NCBI GenBank assembly: GCA_051362555.1
Contig: CM120642.1
Span: forward strand, 25,916,001-25,980,000
DNA from: Lingula anatina
Taxonomy: Eukaryota > Animalia > Brachiopoda
Reading direction: 5' to 3'
Length of the DNA: 64,000 bases
Shown here: piece after piece, positions 25,808-41,008 of the stretch
How the letters are laid out: every line of letters begins with the position of its first letter
Position numbering within the stretch: position 1 is the stretch's first letter
The notes under the pieces: model-generated
Told to the model about the DNA's origin: nothing
Databases searched by the model: none
The model's input: the letters and a program-made list of their open reading frames with translations, nothing else
Program-made: the position numbers and the translations under genes

Positions 25808-28800
25808 TTAGAAATTGCACAACTGTACTTCATGGTACTATGCATGCTTGATTCTGGACATAGTGTGTAAATCTTGTGTGAACAATCAACAGTCCCCCCT
25901 CCGTGATAGTCTCAGGGCAAGAAGGGTCAGTTTTTTCGTAATAAGAAAATTCCAATATTCTTCATGTAATATTTGCATAATCAGAGAGCAAATATGACAT
26001 GAAATTACACTCTGCAGGGGGAGCGGGTGTCAAATTAAACTCATTGTATCAGAAAATTTCTCAGCCTTTGAAATAGTAAACAATCTTTACAAATTGTTTT
26101 AAGCTCAGAGAGTGTTAGGTGGATATTCAAACAAATTATTTGTAACATAACCTACAGGTTACTAGATTCTTGACTTTTGCTGATAATGATAATAAAGAAC
26201 AAACATAACAAGCAAATATTTTAGCATTTTACGCTATATGATTCTCCATAGTAAATTATCGAGGCGTTTTTCATAACAGAACAAAAATACAGCGTCTATA
26301 CAATACTCTGTTTGCTAGCTTACTTAATGTAAATTATACATTGCGCCTCATTGTGATTGAGTCAAGTATTTTAACTTGGAACTTATGTATACTAATTGCT
26401 TACTTAGCTAGACCTTTAACTTAGATAAAACACAGAGCGATGCTGAGCCAGGTGGTAAATAATGAAAAAATAACTATCGTAACAAGGACTTAATGGTGGC
26501 TTTTCCTTCTCAGTGAATAGTTGCTATCATCAAATTGTGACTTATGCTTATGCTTGGTGGGATAGCAAATATCATCTTTTATGTATTGCTTATAAAAGAT
26601 CCCTTGTGGTGGAATTTGCCTTCTGGGTCTAGTGGCTGGATCGTATGGGTTACAAAACTTCAAAGTAAAAATGAAATTAATTAATTTACAAGTATTTTGT
26701 GGGTCAAGATACTAAAAAGTGAGTGTTTTTCATGATCGCTACTTTTCAAAGTCAAATGAGAAAAGTGACTCTTACATGTACAAGGACTTCATTTGTGTGA
26801 GAGATCTTTCACATTGGCAAAATTCTAATCAAAACATATTAGGTACATATATCTTTCTTGCAAGTATGATCATTATTTCTCTGAGAATCCATTTATTTCT
26901 GACCTATTAAGGCCCCTACTTTTCAGAATAGCTTGTATTGTGATATTTCATATCTAAAAACACATAACACGTCCTGCTTGCAAATGTGAGCGAGACAATA
27001 GTTCAAGATCTGTACCATTAATCACATAATATTATGGATTCTGAAGATCTTGATCACTGACAGTGTGACCTATCTGACTTAAATCTAACATTTATAAATA
27101 TGATAATGATTGATAACAAGATACAAGTAGAAGCTCCTTTTGTGGAAATACAAGGGGCAATTGTTCTGAAAAAGAAGTGCCTTGTTTCATAAAAGGCCTC
27201 TCACTGCTATGATCTTTTGATTTTTTTTTCAATTTCAAAATTGTAGTTCATTGGATATGTGGATATCAGTGGTTATTATTGCGTTTTCTTTTAAATAACT
27301 TTTAAAGGCACCTAATAGTATGAGCCCACTTCACAGTATAAGTGCAGTTTTAAAAGTTAGGTTTGATAAAAATAATGTAATACTCTATTCACTTTTTGAC
27401 TCTAGGTTAGATTGTAAAGTGAAAAAAATTGTTTATTTATTTTACTGTGTTTGCCAGTTACTATTTGAACATGTGGATTTAAAGACACATTAAGTTAAGG
27501 GAGCCATGCAATTGCTCATATCTGTCTGTTTTGAAAAACATTCACCAAGACTTTTTCTAATAGGAACATTTAAAAGTAAACATGTAAAGTGAATGTGATA
27601 CCCAGAGGGTCAAAATACCTTTGGTAAAGTTGAAGAATTTGGCACTTAAATGTAATGTGCTTAGTCATTGTGTATCAGAGTGTTTGGTATTGTTATGTTC
27701 ATATAACACAAACATACAATGTATCAAATAGTTACAGTTGCCCTTAATCAGAAAGAGTTTCTTATCTCCCTTTAATAATTTGCTCCACCTGTACAAAACA
27801 GTAAGAAAGAAAGGATAGCTGTAGGGGGAGAAACATATAAAACTACATTGAAGGCAGGTCAGAGAGGCTTCTTTACTCTACAAATATTTTTAAGTTCTAG
27901 AATTCAGAAAAAAACATCTTAATTTCAGGACAATAGTGCCCCTTCCCATTTGACAAACATGTTGGTTTTGTAACAAGTGTTTTGGATACCATATGATTTA
28001 TTCTGAGGTAGAACAAGAGATCCTTTAAAACAAAGATATTCTAGTTGTAAGACAATAATTGAAATCATTGTTTAACCCATCCCTTATTAGTCATGGAACG
28101 CTGAAATGACTTGATAATGATGGAAATAAAGTGTATTTAGGTTTCCAGGTGTAGGGTAGTGGATTATTACTTTAGTGTCCAAACATCATTTCTACAGCCT
28201 GTTTTCTATGCAAATCCTGATAAAATATCTGTCATAAATTCCACTGAAAAGCTGACACAGATTTATAAGTTCATTAAAATTGAAACAGTTACCCTGATGA
28301 AAGAATGTTTGGTAAGAGAAAAAAATGAGTCATCGTTTCAGGTGCAATGCAGATGTGTCTTACCTGCATAGATAACCCTGTTGGAAGTATTATTGCTAAA
28401 TTTTCATTGTAACCAATAATTAAGCCATTTTAAAACCCAAATTAACAGAACCAAACCATAAATTGTCAAAACACCATTTTCTTCTTGGCCTCAAATTTTT
28501 TTTTTACCATTTTTCTTCTTGCAAGAGTGAGCCCAATGCTTTTTTCTCAGCTGTCAGTCAACATATTGTGACAAAAGCTGTTCTTCACGATCCATTATCA
28601 TCTTCTCAACCAAAACTAATTAATGGCTGGGAATTACTATACTATCAGATAAAGACTGGTATGTACATGGCCATGTTTTCCCCCGATTATGATCTGCTAC
28701 AGAATCACAGTACCAAGAGGTGTATAAGCACAGCACCTTCCCATTTGTCATGGACTTCTGTATTTATTTGGTTTATAGTTTTTAAACAGCAGCTGGGTTG

Positions 28801-29180
28801 CTTGTATATGCATTCCTGCGGAGAATTTCATTCTTAAACGACTTATAAATCAAAAATGTCTTTTTTCATAGACTTCTCCCATCTTTTCTTTCCCTGTCAA
28901 GATCTCGTTCATTTTTGAAATGAGGCAATATCTTACTGTCATTTTAAGTATGATGCATGAATGTGTCTTGTTCTTTCATATAATTTTCAAATCCATTAAG
29001 ACATATAACTATTCACTAAACAGGCACTTTAATTTGTGAGAAAAAATAACATCTTTATTTATTCAGAAACCAATGTCTTGCTGAAAGATGAACTTTTCAT
29101 TTTCTTGACAGATATTTATCAATCCTGCCTGAACTTTCTTTTGACTGGTTAAAAACCAAAATTAAATCATGAAATTAAAT

Positions 29181-29347
29181 CAGGCCCATAGCCAGCAATT
29201 CCAAAGGGGGGGTCTTTTTTTTTAAACGGTGGACCTTTAACCATGAAACCTTTGTAAACCTAGATAGTTTTTTATCCAGACCGTACCTTTTCCTGACAAA
29301 AAGGGTGAACAGTTGGGACCACCTGAACCCTCATGGCTACTGGCCTG
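29181..29347. mobile_element. Short MITE with CAGGCC.(A/G)TAGCCA terminal inverted repeats
   Basis: at|CAGGCCCATAGCCA...TGGCTACTGGCCTG|at. Confidence 0.6.
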
Positions 29348-29560
29348 ATCTTTTCTGAAGTTTGGATAGTCGTCTGTTTGATAATGCAGCTTACTGTATA
29401 TGAAATCCTTATTACACTTTACATTTGTCTCACATCCTCGTGAATACCAAGTTAATGATGATAGAACAGATAATAAAGGTATAACATTTCCAAACTCACA
29501 ATATAGGGATATTATTGAAATGATAATAAAAAACAACAGTACAGGCACAAAAGTACATAC

Positions 29561-29668
29561 CAAGCAGACATAATGCAGTAAATTCATTCTGGGTTTGTTG
29601 GCTCTGATCTCTGTAAGCTTTAGCAAGGACGTCAGCTTGAACCCTGCAGCATTTCCAGCATAACCACC
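29561..29668 (-). CDS. INF2: Formin FH2 exon [36 protein letters not shown]
   Basis: 108 nt, phase 0-0. GYAGNA.GFK..SL.KL...ANKP.M.LLHY is characteristic of INF2/FHDC1. Confidence 0.95.
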
Positions 29669-30037
29669 CTGAGGAAGAGAATTAGAATTAAAATTTTTTA
29701 AACAAAAAATATTTATTTATTTATTTATTTATTTATTTATTATACAGTATTTCAAATCTTTTAAGTCGTTAAAACTTTAAGATGTTTCAACTAAACATTT
29801 CAATAGGTAGAAAATCTCACTGTGGAAATCATTTGTAACATCATGCTTAAATCAGTTGAAAATTAAAAAATTATCTGATTTAACACAACTGTTTCAGGTG
29901 CTTGTTCTGCAGTGAGCAATGATAAAATTAGGCTTTTATTGAGAAGCATTTTCCAAGTAGTTTGAACATTATTTTTAGACAAAGTATCCATGTGCTTCTA
30001 AACAAAAGTCTAAATCCTGTTTTTACTTTTCACTTAC

Positions 30038-30108
30038 TGAATTGAGAAAATTGCCAGCTACCAGCACCAAATAGAGGATTTCATGGAGGGTTTTACATTC
30101 CTTCAGTT
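30038..30108 (-). CDS. INF2: Formin FH2 exon ELKECKTLHEILYLVLVAGNFLNS
   Basis: 71 nt, phase 1-0. Conserved GNxxN FH2 post motif (GNFLN). Confidence 0.95.
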
Positions 30109-30210
30109 CTGAAATAAACCAATATAAACCTCTGTTTAATACATATGTGCACCTGTTAATACATATTTCACAGTACAGTGCCGTGTTTTTTTTTTACTTT
30201 GACTGCATTG

Positions 30211-30226
30211 GTGTGTTGTGTGTGTG

Positions 30227-30262
<36 letters not shown>
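30211..30262. repeat. (GT)n microsatellite
   Basis: Seen directly. Other simple repeats: (ATTT)n ~29711-29742, poly-G ~40126-40155, (CT)n ~47586-47620 and ~49426-49451, (GT)n plus poly-G ~53866-53910, poly-C ~62874-62898. Confidence 0.95.
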
Positions 30263-30263
<1 letters not shown>

Positions 30264-33200
30264 CTTGGGGGAGAGGGGGCATGTATACAATAAAGACTTG
30301 GGGAGGATACAGGAACAGCAACAGAGTTAAATTTTGGCATGCCAAATTGAACATGCATGTGACATGACCTGTCATATGCCACAATCCATAGCAAACCACT
30401 AAAAAACCCTTAAAAAAGACTTAAATATCTCCATGAACCACTGATGCAAATAATAAGATACTTCATCCTTCTGCTTTACCTTTAAGGTAAGCACTCCCTT
30501 AAATATTAAATAAAAAATTTCAAAAGGAACTTCCTTTACAATATTTTCTGTGCACTGTCAGAATTAATGAAAAATGAATCAAATGATGTAAAAGAATATG
30601 ATCTAGGGAGGATTTACTGGCTAAAAGCTATTACTCTCAGGTAAACAACAGGGTGGGAGGTATCACCATGAAATGACAATGCATCAAGGCTTTAATTCGC
30701 AAATTTATTGTATGAAATTCCGTCTTTTTACTAGGTTTGGGCGTTTTACGGAAGTGAATCATTTCTGAAAAAAACAAAATGGAGATTTGTACTATAAGCA
30801 CACTTTAACAAGCGTAATTACTACTTGTAAAGAGGTGTAAAAATTTGTTGGAAAAAACATTTGTTATCATGTTTGTTGTTATTACCTGTGAGTCAACCTC
30901 ACCCACAGGGCTGAAATATCATAAATCAAATTGTCCATTGTCACCTCGGGCAAAGGAAAAGGAAAAGGATGATGTTTCACTTGGAAAAATTGAGCAACGG
31001 ATGAAAAAACAAAATCTGAGGTAAACCTGAAAGTGCAAACGGGAACTTTTATCAATAACTGAAACCATTCATTTTCACACCTACACTATTTACTTTTAAA
31101 TGACCCCAATTTGATGGGACTATTAACTGCTGAAAAACCTACTATTTTGTGTCAATTTGGGTCATTTATCATATATTCTGATAAGGTCTGAGGGCCAGAG
31201 GTATGGTTATGTTGGGTTTACCAGCAACAATAATACTTTTTAGCAGATTGGTCTTACTATAATCATCATTATATCATTGACTATCATTACATTGGGTGGG
31301 GCAGTCTATTTTGTGCATTGGTGATACTATTTGTTTAAAATAAATCAAAATTATTTAGGCACTTAAAATTCTGCCATATATTTACCATCTATTTTTAGGG
31401 GCCATTATGATTTTTTGCTTCGATGATGATTGTGCAATTCTCACTTTCTCTTCGCGGACTCGTCGCATTCATCACATTAGTGTCACTCAATAAAATGGCA
31501 CATATCAGATTGACAAATTCATACCATATTTTTCTTCTAGTGTTTTTCTGACACATCATGTGTCAAAGCTGTCATTATGGATAAATTAACTACAAATTCA
31601 TGATCAATCTTCTTAATGTGAAGGCATTACAACATTCTTTCCTAAAGCACAGACAGCCAATGCTAATGTGAGATTCTGTAGTAAAAAGAGAAAAGTGTCT
31701 GTTTGGATACATTCAAAAGTATTCGTTTTTCAATTTGAAATATAAAAAAAACATGAGTCAACTATCATGCACATTCTTCAGATAGAAAAAAATACAATCC
31801 TACACCTACAATGTACACAAAAGCCTGCAGTATTTGCTAAATGTGTCATCAAGTATTTTCAGACAAAAATTCTAAATTAAGGATTTTACAATAAAAAAGT
31901 GACTCATAAGTTTATTGCTGTCAATGGTAAGGTAAATCTTCCTTCACAACTGACTTCTTGATCTGTTATTTTTTTCCAATCTGCAACATTTAACTTAGGA
32001 AAAAGCTGCATGCTTGGAAACAATGTACACCCCACCTGTACTTACAAAATCAGTTTATTCAAGACCAGCAGGTTAACGAAAGACAAAAAAAGGAATGTCG
32101 CTCTGACACTGGATTCCTGTCACTCGAAGCACTTAACTTGGAAACAGGAAGCCAGGATTTGGGACGTTTTGTAGCATTTTTGTTGTTCTGTTGATGTTTT
32201 GCCAAGTGTGTATTTTGGTTAAAGAGGTATTTCCACTGGGAACTAAATTGTTATGAGAATGCATATTCTAAACATCAATATAAGCATATTTTCTGAGCAT
32301 ACAGCTAATATTTTCAATGCTTTTGGACAGAATGTGCACAACTCTCCCAGCTTGAGAAAATTATAATAGTGAAATATGGGTAAAGAAAAATGTATTATTT
32401 TGAGCATTTGTGCTCGGTAGGCCCCCTACGCTTAAAGAGGGTAACACAATGCTCTGGGGGGACAAAACCATCTATTTTCCCAGCATTATCCGTTATTCCT
32501 TAGGAAAATGTTTTCCCACCACCACCTAATGAATAATCACTCCATTTGAAATGTTTATCCAATATTATATAAGCCAGTAGCACAGGGCTGTCTGCTTCAA
32601 GGCTGCTTATGAAGAATTACCAGCTAAATAGCATACCTTAACCCATTCAGTGAAGTGCAGAAATGTGCTGATATTACTTCTATTTCCATAATGATTTCCT
32701 ATGAACAAATGAACAGGTGTAGAAGATGCAGATCAATTTCAGTCCCAAAATCTAGTTTATTTGTACTTCATTCTTTCTCTTCCTTTCACGTAAAAAAAAA
32801 TTGGACAAAAGCCACTGGACCTTTCTGCTTTATTACCTCCACCTTTGGTCATCTGCTTTGTGACTTAACACTGCAGAAAAATCAGGTTAATATCAGACCT
32901 TAAGTTGTTCATTCCATGGACCATTATGTTTTATTATGTTTGTTAGCAAAGTTTGAGGTTGCTAGGGGTTAAGTTAAATCACTATTCTAAATTCTTTTAT
33001 TTTGTTTAATTAGCCAGAGGCATGTTACTACTGCAAATTTGCCAGTAGGGTGATAATATTTTGTGTCACAACAAACAAAAAATATAAGACACAGGGCCAG
33101 TAAAGCTTGGGGCTTAAGTCAGGACTTGGGTCAGGGAAAGTAAAGAGTGACCAAAAGTCATTTCTTTGCTTGATCACCTAAATGTAATACTTTCAATGGC

Positions 33201-34245
33201 GGCCTTGCAAATAGTCAAATATAACCTGCTGGTGATATTCTCATTTCATATTTAATGTGTTTCTGTATAAATATATCATACTTTTACGCAGTTGGTGGTT
33301 GATTCTATATATATAATGTGGTCATGTTTATTTTAAATGGATATTGCAGCACAGTAGCATTTTTCCCTTTTTAGGCTTAGGTGAAAGGCCATCATTGTAC
33401 AAAAAGCAGTTTCAGTTTTATAGACAAAGAAAGACTTTCATTTTAACTTAACCCCTATCCCCAACCCACATTCATTACAATAGCTACATACAAGGTATAT
33501 TTATTAGACTATAAATCACATTCATCAAAAAAACACTTGTCAAATGTCATATTATATACATGTATATGACCAAATGGAATGCACGGTGGAACTGCCTGCT
33601 ATCTGGTCATCTCGTGTGATGGCGAGTGCCCAAGCATGTTACTGACCAGTCCACTGGCTTGAGGCCACACATGCGGAATGTTGGAGTGACATGCCATGTC
33701 CAGAATATTGTTAATTATTTTCATATTCAGCCTGCAGAGGATGGTTCTATGGCTTGTTGAAGAGATTGTTTTTACCCAACTTAATGAATATATATGAAAT
33801 TGATTAAAGGAAAAATGTGGAAATGGAACAGATGATATTCTGTGTAAATATGAAGACTAGGTAACTAAAGAGGTGGGGAGAACACTGTGCGTGCATATGT
33901 TCTTGTGGATATAAAGTGTAAAAAGTTCAAAATGAAGTGAAATAAAAGAATAAAATGCAGAAGGATAATACTCTTGAATAAAGTGTTGCCACTTTTCTCA
34001 AAAAAGTCTGATTCATCTTTTTAGTATTCTTCACTTGAAAAAATTCCATACAACTACTGTCAACCATGACTTACATAACTGAATATAATCGGTTGTTCAA
34101 ATCTCCAACGACACCTGTAGGGTATCAAGTTAAACATACATATTTACTTAAATGTGTATTATGAGAGCTTAGAAATGGTAGCATCATGTTACCAAGTTGT
34201 AAAAGGCATTTCAATCCTTTGGCATTTCAAATAAAAGACACCTAC

Positions 34246-34346
34246 CTTTTGCAGCCATGATGACTGCCTCTATAGAAGGTTTGATGTTGTCCATGTTGTT
34301 GTTGAATTCTTCCCTGATCAGCAAAGATTCTACACGAAGTCTGTAA
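34246..34346 (-). CDS. INF2: Formin FH2 exon SYRLRVESLLIREEFNNNMDNIKPSIEAVIMAAK
   Basis: 101 nt, phase 2-1, ttacag|T...AAAG|gtaggt. Confidence 0.93.
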
Positions 34347-37300
34347 CTGTAATGAAAAAAAGAAATATTTTATCTTTTAGTCAGTGAAATGTACCCTACA
34401 GAAAATGCTGAGATGAAAATTTTATTTCTCTTCAAAATAATTTCATAAATTAGATAATCTCACGTTTTTCACTTCTTACACTTAGCTCAGACAAGGGGAA
34501 GCCATTTTACATGGTTTACTGCATTTATTCAACAAAAATTAAACCATCATCAACTTAAAGCATCCAAGTTAGAATGATTATGCATCTAAAACATCAATTA
34601 AGAGTTTCATTTCAAAAAAGAAGCAATAAAGTATTTCCAGCCTGAGGCACAGACAAATAGGTACATTCTATAACTAAATACATCAAATTTCAGTGTGTAC
34701 AAAGTGTAGGATGTCAAGTTTTCCTATTTTGCTGATATAGGCCTCCGTCACACAAATCCTGCCTGACCGTACTCTCACAGCTCTGGGAGTATTGACTGAA
34801 GCATATCATACTGCAATCAAATTTTTAACTGATTGCAATCATCTTTTTCAAAATATGTCAATTGTAAAATTATACTTTTGAATGGTGGATAAAACTGCAC
34901 AGTGTTCACATCTAGAATTTGATTAGGATTCCCTTCAAACACCCAATTACCCATTGAACAATTATCGAAATTGTCATTATTCACTATATAAATTTTTTAA
35001 TCAGTTTTTCAGACCCCACCATTGGAATAGGAAATGAAGCAATTATTAGATAACAGACCAATGCAAAGTTTCATCCCTGAGCATTCACAATGTAGCAGGA
35101 CAGGCTCGGGGCAGAATAGCACCATTCAAAATAGCGGTCTGTGTGAATGCGTCCATGGAATTCAGTGAATACTGACTGGGAGTCATTAAGGCAGGGGGAG
35201 GTTATGTCGACACTGTGGGATAGATTGATTGTTGAAATGTTCAACAAGGTAACAACAGTATTAACTGAAGTTATGTTTACAGAGGAAACAGCCAAATACA
35301 CTGAAACTATTCCTGAATATCTTGCCTTGGTTTGGTATGTGCGTCAGGTTTTTGTGTTCTCAATCGGGCTTGGGGGTTAAACACCTGATTTTATTCATTT
35401 TAAACTTTTATTCACAACAAAAGATGATTTTAATGATATCAAGCTATTGCAATATATTTGAATGCTAATATTGTGTACTTTTCAAACTTAACTTTTTTAG
35501 ACTAAAACAACATGGGGCACATGTTTTAAACTGTTATTTTTAAATCTCAACCTGTCAAATACTTGGATAAAACCACAAAAGTTTGAATAAACACTTATGT
35601 ATGTGTCTCTACCCTCCTCGATGGCCAAATTAAATGTATAAAATGCATAATAATAAATAGTCATCCTCTTTTTGGTACCTGAACTCTTTTATTTGAGGTG
35701 TGATGAAATAACCTCGTCCTCCTCATAATTCTCTCCAAATATAATTTTAGCATTTTCCTGATTTTCAGATACAGCTTCAACTGACCACAAAAATTGCAAG
35801 AGGAAATAAAGTGAAAAGTAACGTTTCAAATGACCCAAAGGTGTGAGATCGCCAAACTAAAGAGATTATAAATGGGTTGATTTTTTACAAAGTACTTTAT
35901 TTGATAGTGTCATTATTGGTTTTATGTTCAATGTTTTACTGTCTTTTCTACCTGAAAATTGACCCCTATAGCTCATCAAGCTCGTCCTATGACGCACATA
36001 GACACAGAAACAGTACTCTGTGTGACATAAACATCGCAAAAGTTCATCAAAACACTCCGAGACCGGCTGATAAATGATAGGTGGGGTGGCCGTAGAGTCG
36101 CAAGAATAAAACTTTCTCCTTTGTTTGTGTACATGGTAAAAGATTATCAGCATCTAAATTTGCCTGACATATTGCCCCCTGTGGAACACATTTTCTTAGA
36201 TCACATCAGCTGATAAATTGCATTAACAATGCATCTGAAATGACTTCTTGCAAACATGTATTTTATACCAGGACCCCCACATAGCCATAAGAACTTATTT
36301 TAACTGTGATATATTGTTATTCAGCAAATTGAAACATTGTTTATTACAAATGCAAAAAATAGTTTTTGGGTGGGCTCCCATTAAAAAGATATATTCTTCT
36401 TTCCATTAAAATTACATGTTGACTAAATTTCCTATTTTAAGGTCACCTCTAACCCCTATCAAACTGACCTTTCTATTATATCTGAACAAAAAACCAAGTT
36501 TTTACCTACCAGGTTGTGGAATAGAATTGAGACTTTTTTTTTAATTTAACTTGAAACATTCACAGTTTCTCTGATTAATATCATTATCAGTTAATAAAAA
36601 TACCAGTCCTCTCTCAATTTTTGCTGTCTTAATGACTGACATTTAGTGCATGTTTAATAATCTATCATAAATTTTGATTAAATAAACTGTCATCTTCTAA
36701 AATAAGTTTTTGTTCTACCCCATTGTTCTATCCACAGCTAATTCAAATTTATATGGAAACTTCACCTGGCAGGCAGCTATACACACTCCAGCATCATGCC
36801 ATTGGAATTACCTGTAGGCACTCTTATCCATGTTCTGCCCCTCTTATTATTGCCAGGGGCCTAAGCACATTGAAAATGCTACTACTTTACCCACTGTATG
36901 GCCAGTGATGTTTATCATATTGAGCCCTAACTGTGTATTGATTATTTATATTAAGGCCCGAAGCGAAGCATCTCGGCCTGTGCTTGCTGACAGAACACAC
37001 AACTGTTGCTGTATCCTCCAGCTAAAGCTGGGATAATGTGCTTCCAATGTTCCCTTTGCTATGAATGAATAATGAAGATGTTGGTGGCGTATATGGTCAC
37101 ATTATTTTGTTTAAAGTATAGAAAGAATCAGACTCTAAAATTAGCTATTTTTGTAAAGAGTAAAGTTAAGTATTAAGTGCTAAAATTCTACTCTTTTCTT
37201 AATTCTTACTGCACAAATTTAATCTGACTTTCATTTTCTATGTGATATTGACAAAATTAATACTCCTGTATTACTGACAATTTTCAAGTCAAACCTGCTA

Positions 37301-38215
37301 AATCATCTTCAAACTTTTCAGAACAATTATTTGAAATCAATATAGCTGGTAAGTGATTTTTTTTTCATAAGACAACCTTTTTCATTGGTCATTTATATAT
37401 TCTTATCCAAGACTGTGTACAATCTTGCAATATTAATTAAATTACGAAACACCTTCCTTCTCAGTGTTAATTTGCCTGCATTTTGCCTTGAAAGGCAAGT
37501 CAGGTGTAATATGTAGACAACAGGTGTAGTGTATGAGACAAAAATGCCAGTCAAAGACTGTTGCCCCATTTACTATAATAAAGTTAATATGTGCTGAGTA
37601 CAGTGTGCATTACACTTGATGTAAAATCCTTACAGCACCTCATTCTTTACCAGTCTGACAGCAATTAATAATTCAACTATTATTCTTTTTTGATTGATTC
37701 TCCTTTTTTTTGCTAGTAAAAGAAAACAGCTGCTTGACTATAAATACGTGTATGTGTGCTTAGTATACATTGTGGTTGCAATCTTATATAAGCTTGGCCT
37801 CACACCTTAGACCTAAAACGGGCTTTGGTTGTGTTATTTGTCTTTTTTGTGTCCCAAGTGGCTTGATAAAGAGGTCAAATCTAAGTATTAATTGATCTAA
37901 TGCATATGTCACAAGCTGTGAATTGATTGCAAGTATACAAATATGTTCTACATCCAGGGCCCAGATCAAAAATTACACCTCTAAATCAAGATCCAAATCT
38001 AACAGGGGGATCTGTTTTCCAATTTCTCCATTACATGTTGAACATGCAGCTTATTGTATGTCTCCTTTGTTCTGCTGCCAATCTATTTGGAAAAGCAGAA
38101 AGAAGAAAGTATTAATCTGCACTTATTTTCAAATAACCCTATCAGTCCATCTGTCTGTATCCCGCTCCTTACTTTAGACTTGTCTCTCTGAGCAACAAGA
38201 AAAATGTAACCTTAC

Positions 38216-38301
38216 CTAGGTAGAGTCAACAACTGCAGGTAAAATTTTTCCGCATTGCCTAATTTCTCTTTGTCCCCATCAAAAGTCCTCAGCAATTCAA
38301 T
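38216..38301 (-). CDS. INF2: Formin FH2 exon IELLRTFDGDKEKLGNAEKFYLQLLTLP
   Basis: 86 nt, phase 0-2, with an L..AEKF FH2 motif. Confidence 0.93.
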
Positions 38302-38748
38302 CTGCAAAGTGAATTAAAAAGGAAAAATATAAAAGGAACAGAATCCTTTCACAAGGGGAATTTCTTGATGTGAATTGCAGATAGATATAGACCATTGAAT
38401 GCCATATGACAGATCTTTTGTTGCAATCACAATGATTTCTTATGGGATGTGTGTGTACCATGAGAAAAGTGATATGCTGAAATTCAAATAAGACAGACAT
38501 GGGCAGCGTAGGGGTGATCTTCTTTTTCATTATGTCTTGTTTGATGTTCAAACAGAAGTAAGGAAGTCCAGATGGAATTTCAGGTACCAAAATCTCAAAC
38601 TACCAATTCATCCAGTCTTAAATTAAGTAATTAAAAAACCCCAAAGAAGATTATTATTCTTTGTTTTCAAAATTTTAAGTTTTGATATATTACATAGCAA
38701 TGGTGCAAAAGTAAAAACACTTGTGTTCATAGAATAATATGGCTATAC

Positions 38749-38913
38749 CTCATCGCTATTAGGTAAAATTTTAAGCAGGCCTCTCAGTTTTTCTGCCCCA
38801 ATCCTGTCACTTGCCCCCTCCTTAAGTAACTTTATAATTTCATCATGTGGAATTCTGAACTGCTTTAGAAATATGTTGATATTCAGGTTTCTCTTGCTAT
38901 CCAGTAAACTGAT
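38749..38913 (-). CDS. INF2: Formin FH2 exon ISLLDSKRNLNINIFLKQF...LLKILPNSDE
   Basis: 165 nt, phase 0-0. LLD.KR.LN.NIFLKQF includes the conserved actin-contacting Ile. Confidence 0.95.
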
Positions 38914-40124
38914 CTGAAATGAGAAAATAAGAAAGTAGATATAATTCAAGTACACGCTATCTTGTTACACAATATCTGTATGTTTTTATTGCAGATGGAG
39001 CTCACATGCCCTGGGCACCCTCTTTAACTTGTCCTAGACAACTTAACTATATTACTCATGGCTACATGAGGAATGAAATTATAAAGTAACATTTTCCCTA
39101 TCAGTCTATGTGCCAAGGGCATCAATGAATGGGTAAATATTTCTTAAGAGACTCATTTGCAAGATGCTTAATCAATACCAATAAGCCTTAAAAATGCATT
39201 ATTATTTTAAAGTTGTTTTTTCATGGAATTTTTGATGTAGCAGCATATCTTTTGTTTATTTTTATGTTAATATTGACAAACTTTTGTGTTTAAAGGCTTT
39301 ATGTATGAAAATTTGGTCACTTTTCACTAATTTTCAGTAATAAAAACTCTTGTCAATATATAATTGTACCAAACCTTAATTACTTAAATTTCCAAAGCAC
39401 TGCAAAATGCCAGAAAAGTGCATGCAGTAATCAAACAAAAAAGTTACCAGCTACAAATTGACCTTCATGGAATTTATACAGAACTTGATACACATTTAAC
39501 AATTCATTTGCACAAAAATGCCAAGCACTCAAATAAAGTCGGGACCCTTGTTGGTAGGGGCTACATTTAAATAGAAAAAAAAAAAACCATTAGCCATCAT
39601 AATTAGATAAATTCTGATCTTTCGCCTCAAAGAAGATGTAATATACTCATCCTTTTTGATGCCATGTTTGTATTGGCACAGCTACAAGCAAATAGTCGGA
39701 AAAAACACTTTCATCCCACCTACAAAAAATGTTTTCACCTGGGAGTTTATTCAACTGTGAACAACCCTGCAACCTTCCAAAATGTCTGAGCAAAAAAAAT
39801 ATGTGAAATACTCATGTTGTGCGATCTGTGAGTAACCCTCAATGTATAATCACCTACGCAAGTTGGGTTGTAGCTGCTTAACTAATTTCTTTGTTGCCAT
39901 GTTTAGCCCATAAAAGAAGAATTTATTCAGTCAACCAAGCACTTAGTATTGTGCCTCTAGATTTTATGGGTCTTTTAATGTTACTGCTGTGATTTTGAAA
40001 AGATTTAAAGGTTCTTCACATTTTGCATTTTGGTATCAAACCACAGGACTATGAAAATGGGCACAGAGACGGGTACAAATGAGCTGAGGCCACTGGAACA
40101 AAACTGCAACTGCCACCCTCTTCT

Positions 40125-40155
<31 letters not shown>

Positions 40156-40755
40156 AGGGTGAAGAGATGGTGGAATTTTTTCTCATAAAACTCAACAGGC
40201 AGCTTTTTTTTCTTGTTGCCTTTGAGAAAGCAGTACAAAAATGGCAATTTCCATAAAATAAATCTTTAATGAAAGATGTGTTCCAAAATAAAAATATGAC
40301 CTAAAATCAAGAAAATAAAGCATATTCTGAATTTCCCTGATGTACTTATACACCAGAGCTTGTAGATAAGCAGATGCACGTACAATGATTTTAGCATTAG
40401 TAGCATACTACATGCAAAAATCATATATTTGTGTTAAAATCATGCTCCACTTTCTGACTCATCAATAAACATACATAAATAAAGAATGTCAGGGCATATT
40501 ACCAGAATAATATGGCTATATTAAGACTGATATATCCAGGTCATCCCACATCATGTATTATTCTTATCTTTGAGTCATTTTACTGTCATACTAAAATGCT
40601 ACAATATATCAGTAGATTGCCTGTACTCAGATTAAGATGATGCTTGTGTTTCCAATTTATAGTAGTCCCTAAACTGTATAGCATTCAGTACAGGTACTTA
40701 CACAAGTAACTTTACTAATATGTCATGATCATTGTTTTTTCTATACACAAACTTA

Positions 40756-40956
40756 GGGACCATTCCCATACCCTATCATACTAGCAGGATCGATCTATCT
40801 CCAAGGGGTTTCTCACTAAATTGCATTTAGTTTAAGTATGCACGAAAGTTAAGTGGAAGTGACAGACATTTAAGTTGCTTAAACTGAATGCAATTATGCG
40901 AGAATCCCCTCAGAGATAGATTGATCCTGCTAGTGTGATAGGTTTTATAGGAACCC
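40756..40956. mobile_element. MITE family A, third copy
   Basis: tta|GGGACCATTCCCATAC...CTAGCAGGATCGATCTATCTCCAAGGGG...GATAGATTGATCCTGCTAG, similar to the copy at 25547. Confidence 0.75.
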
Positions 40957-41008
40957 AGTTTTAAAGAATATATGTCTTATTTGAAACTTCCGAATAAAGC
41001 AGTCTTAC

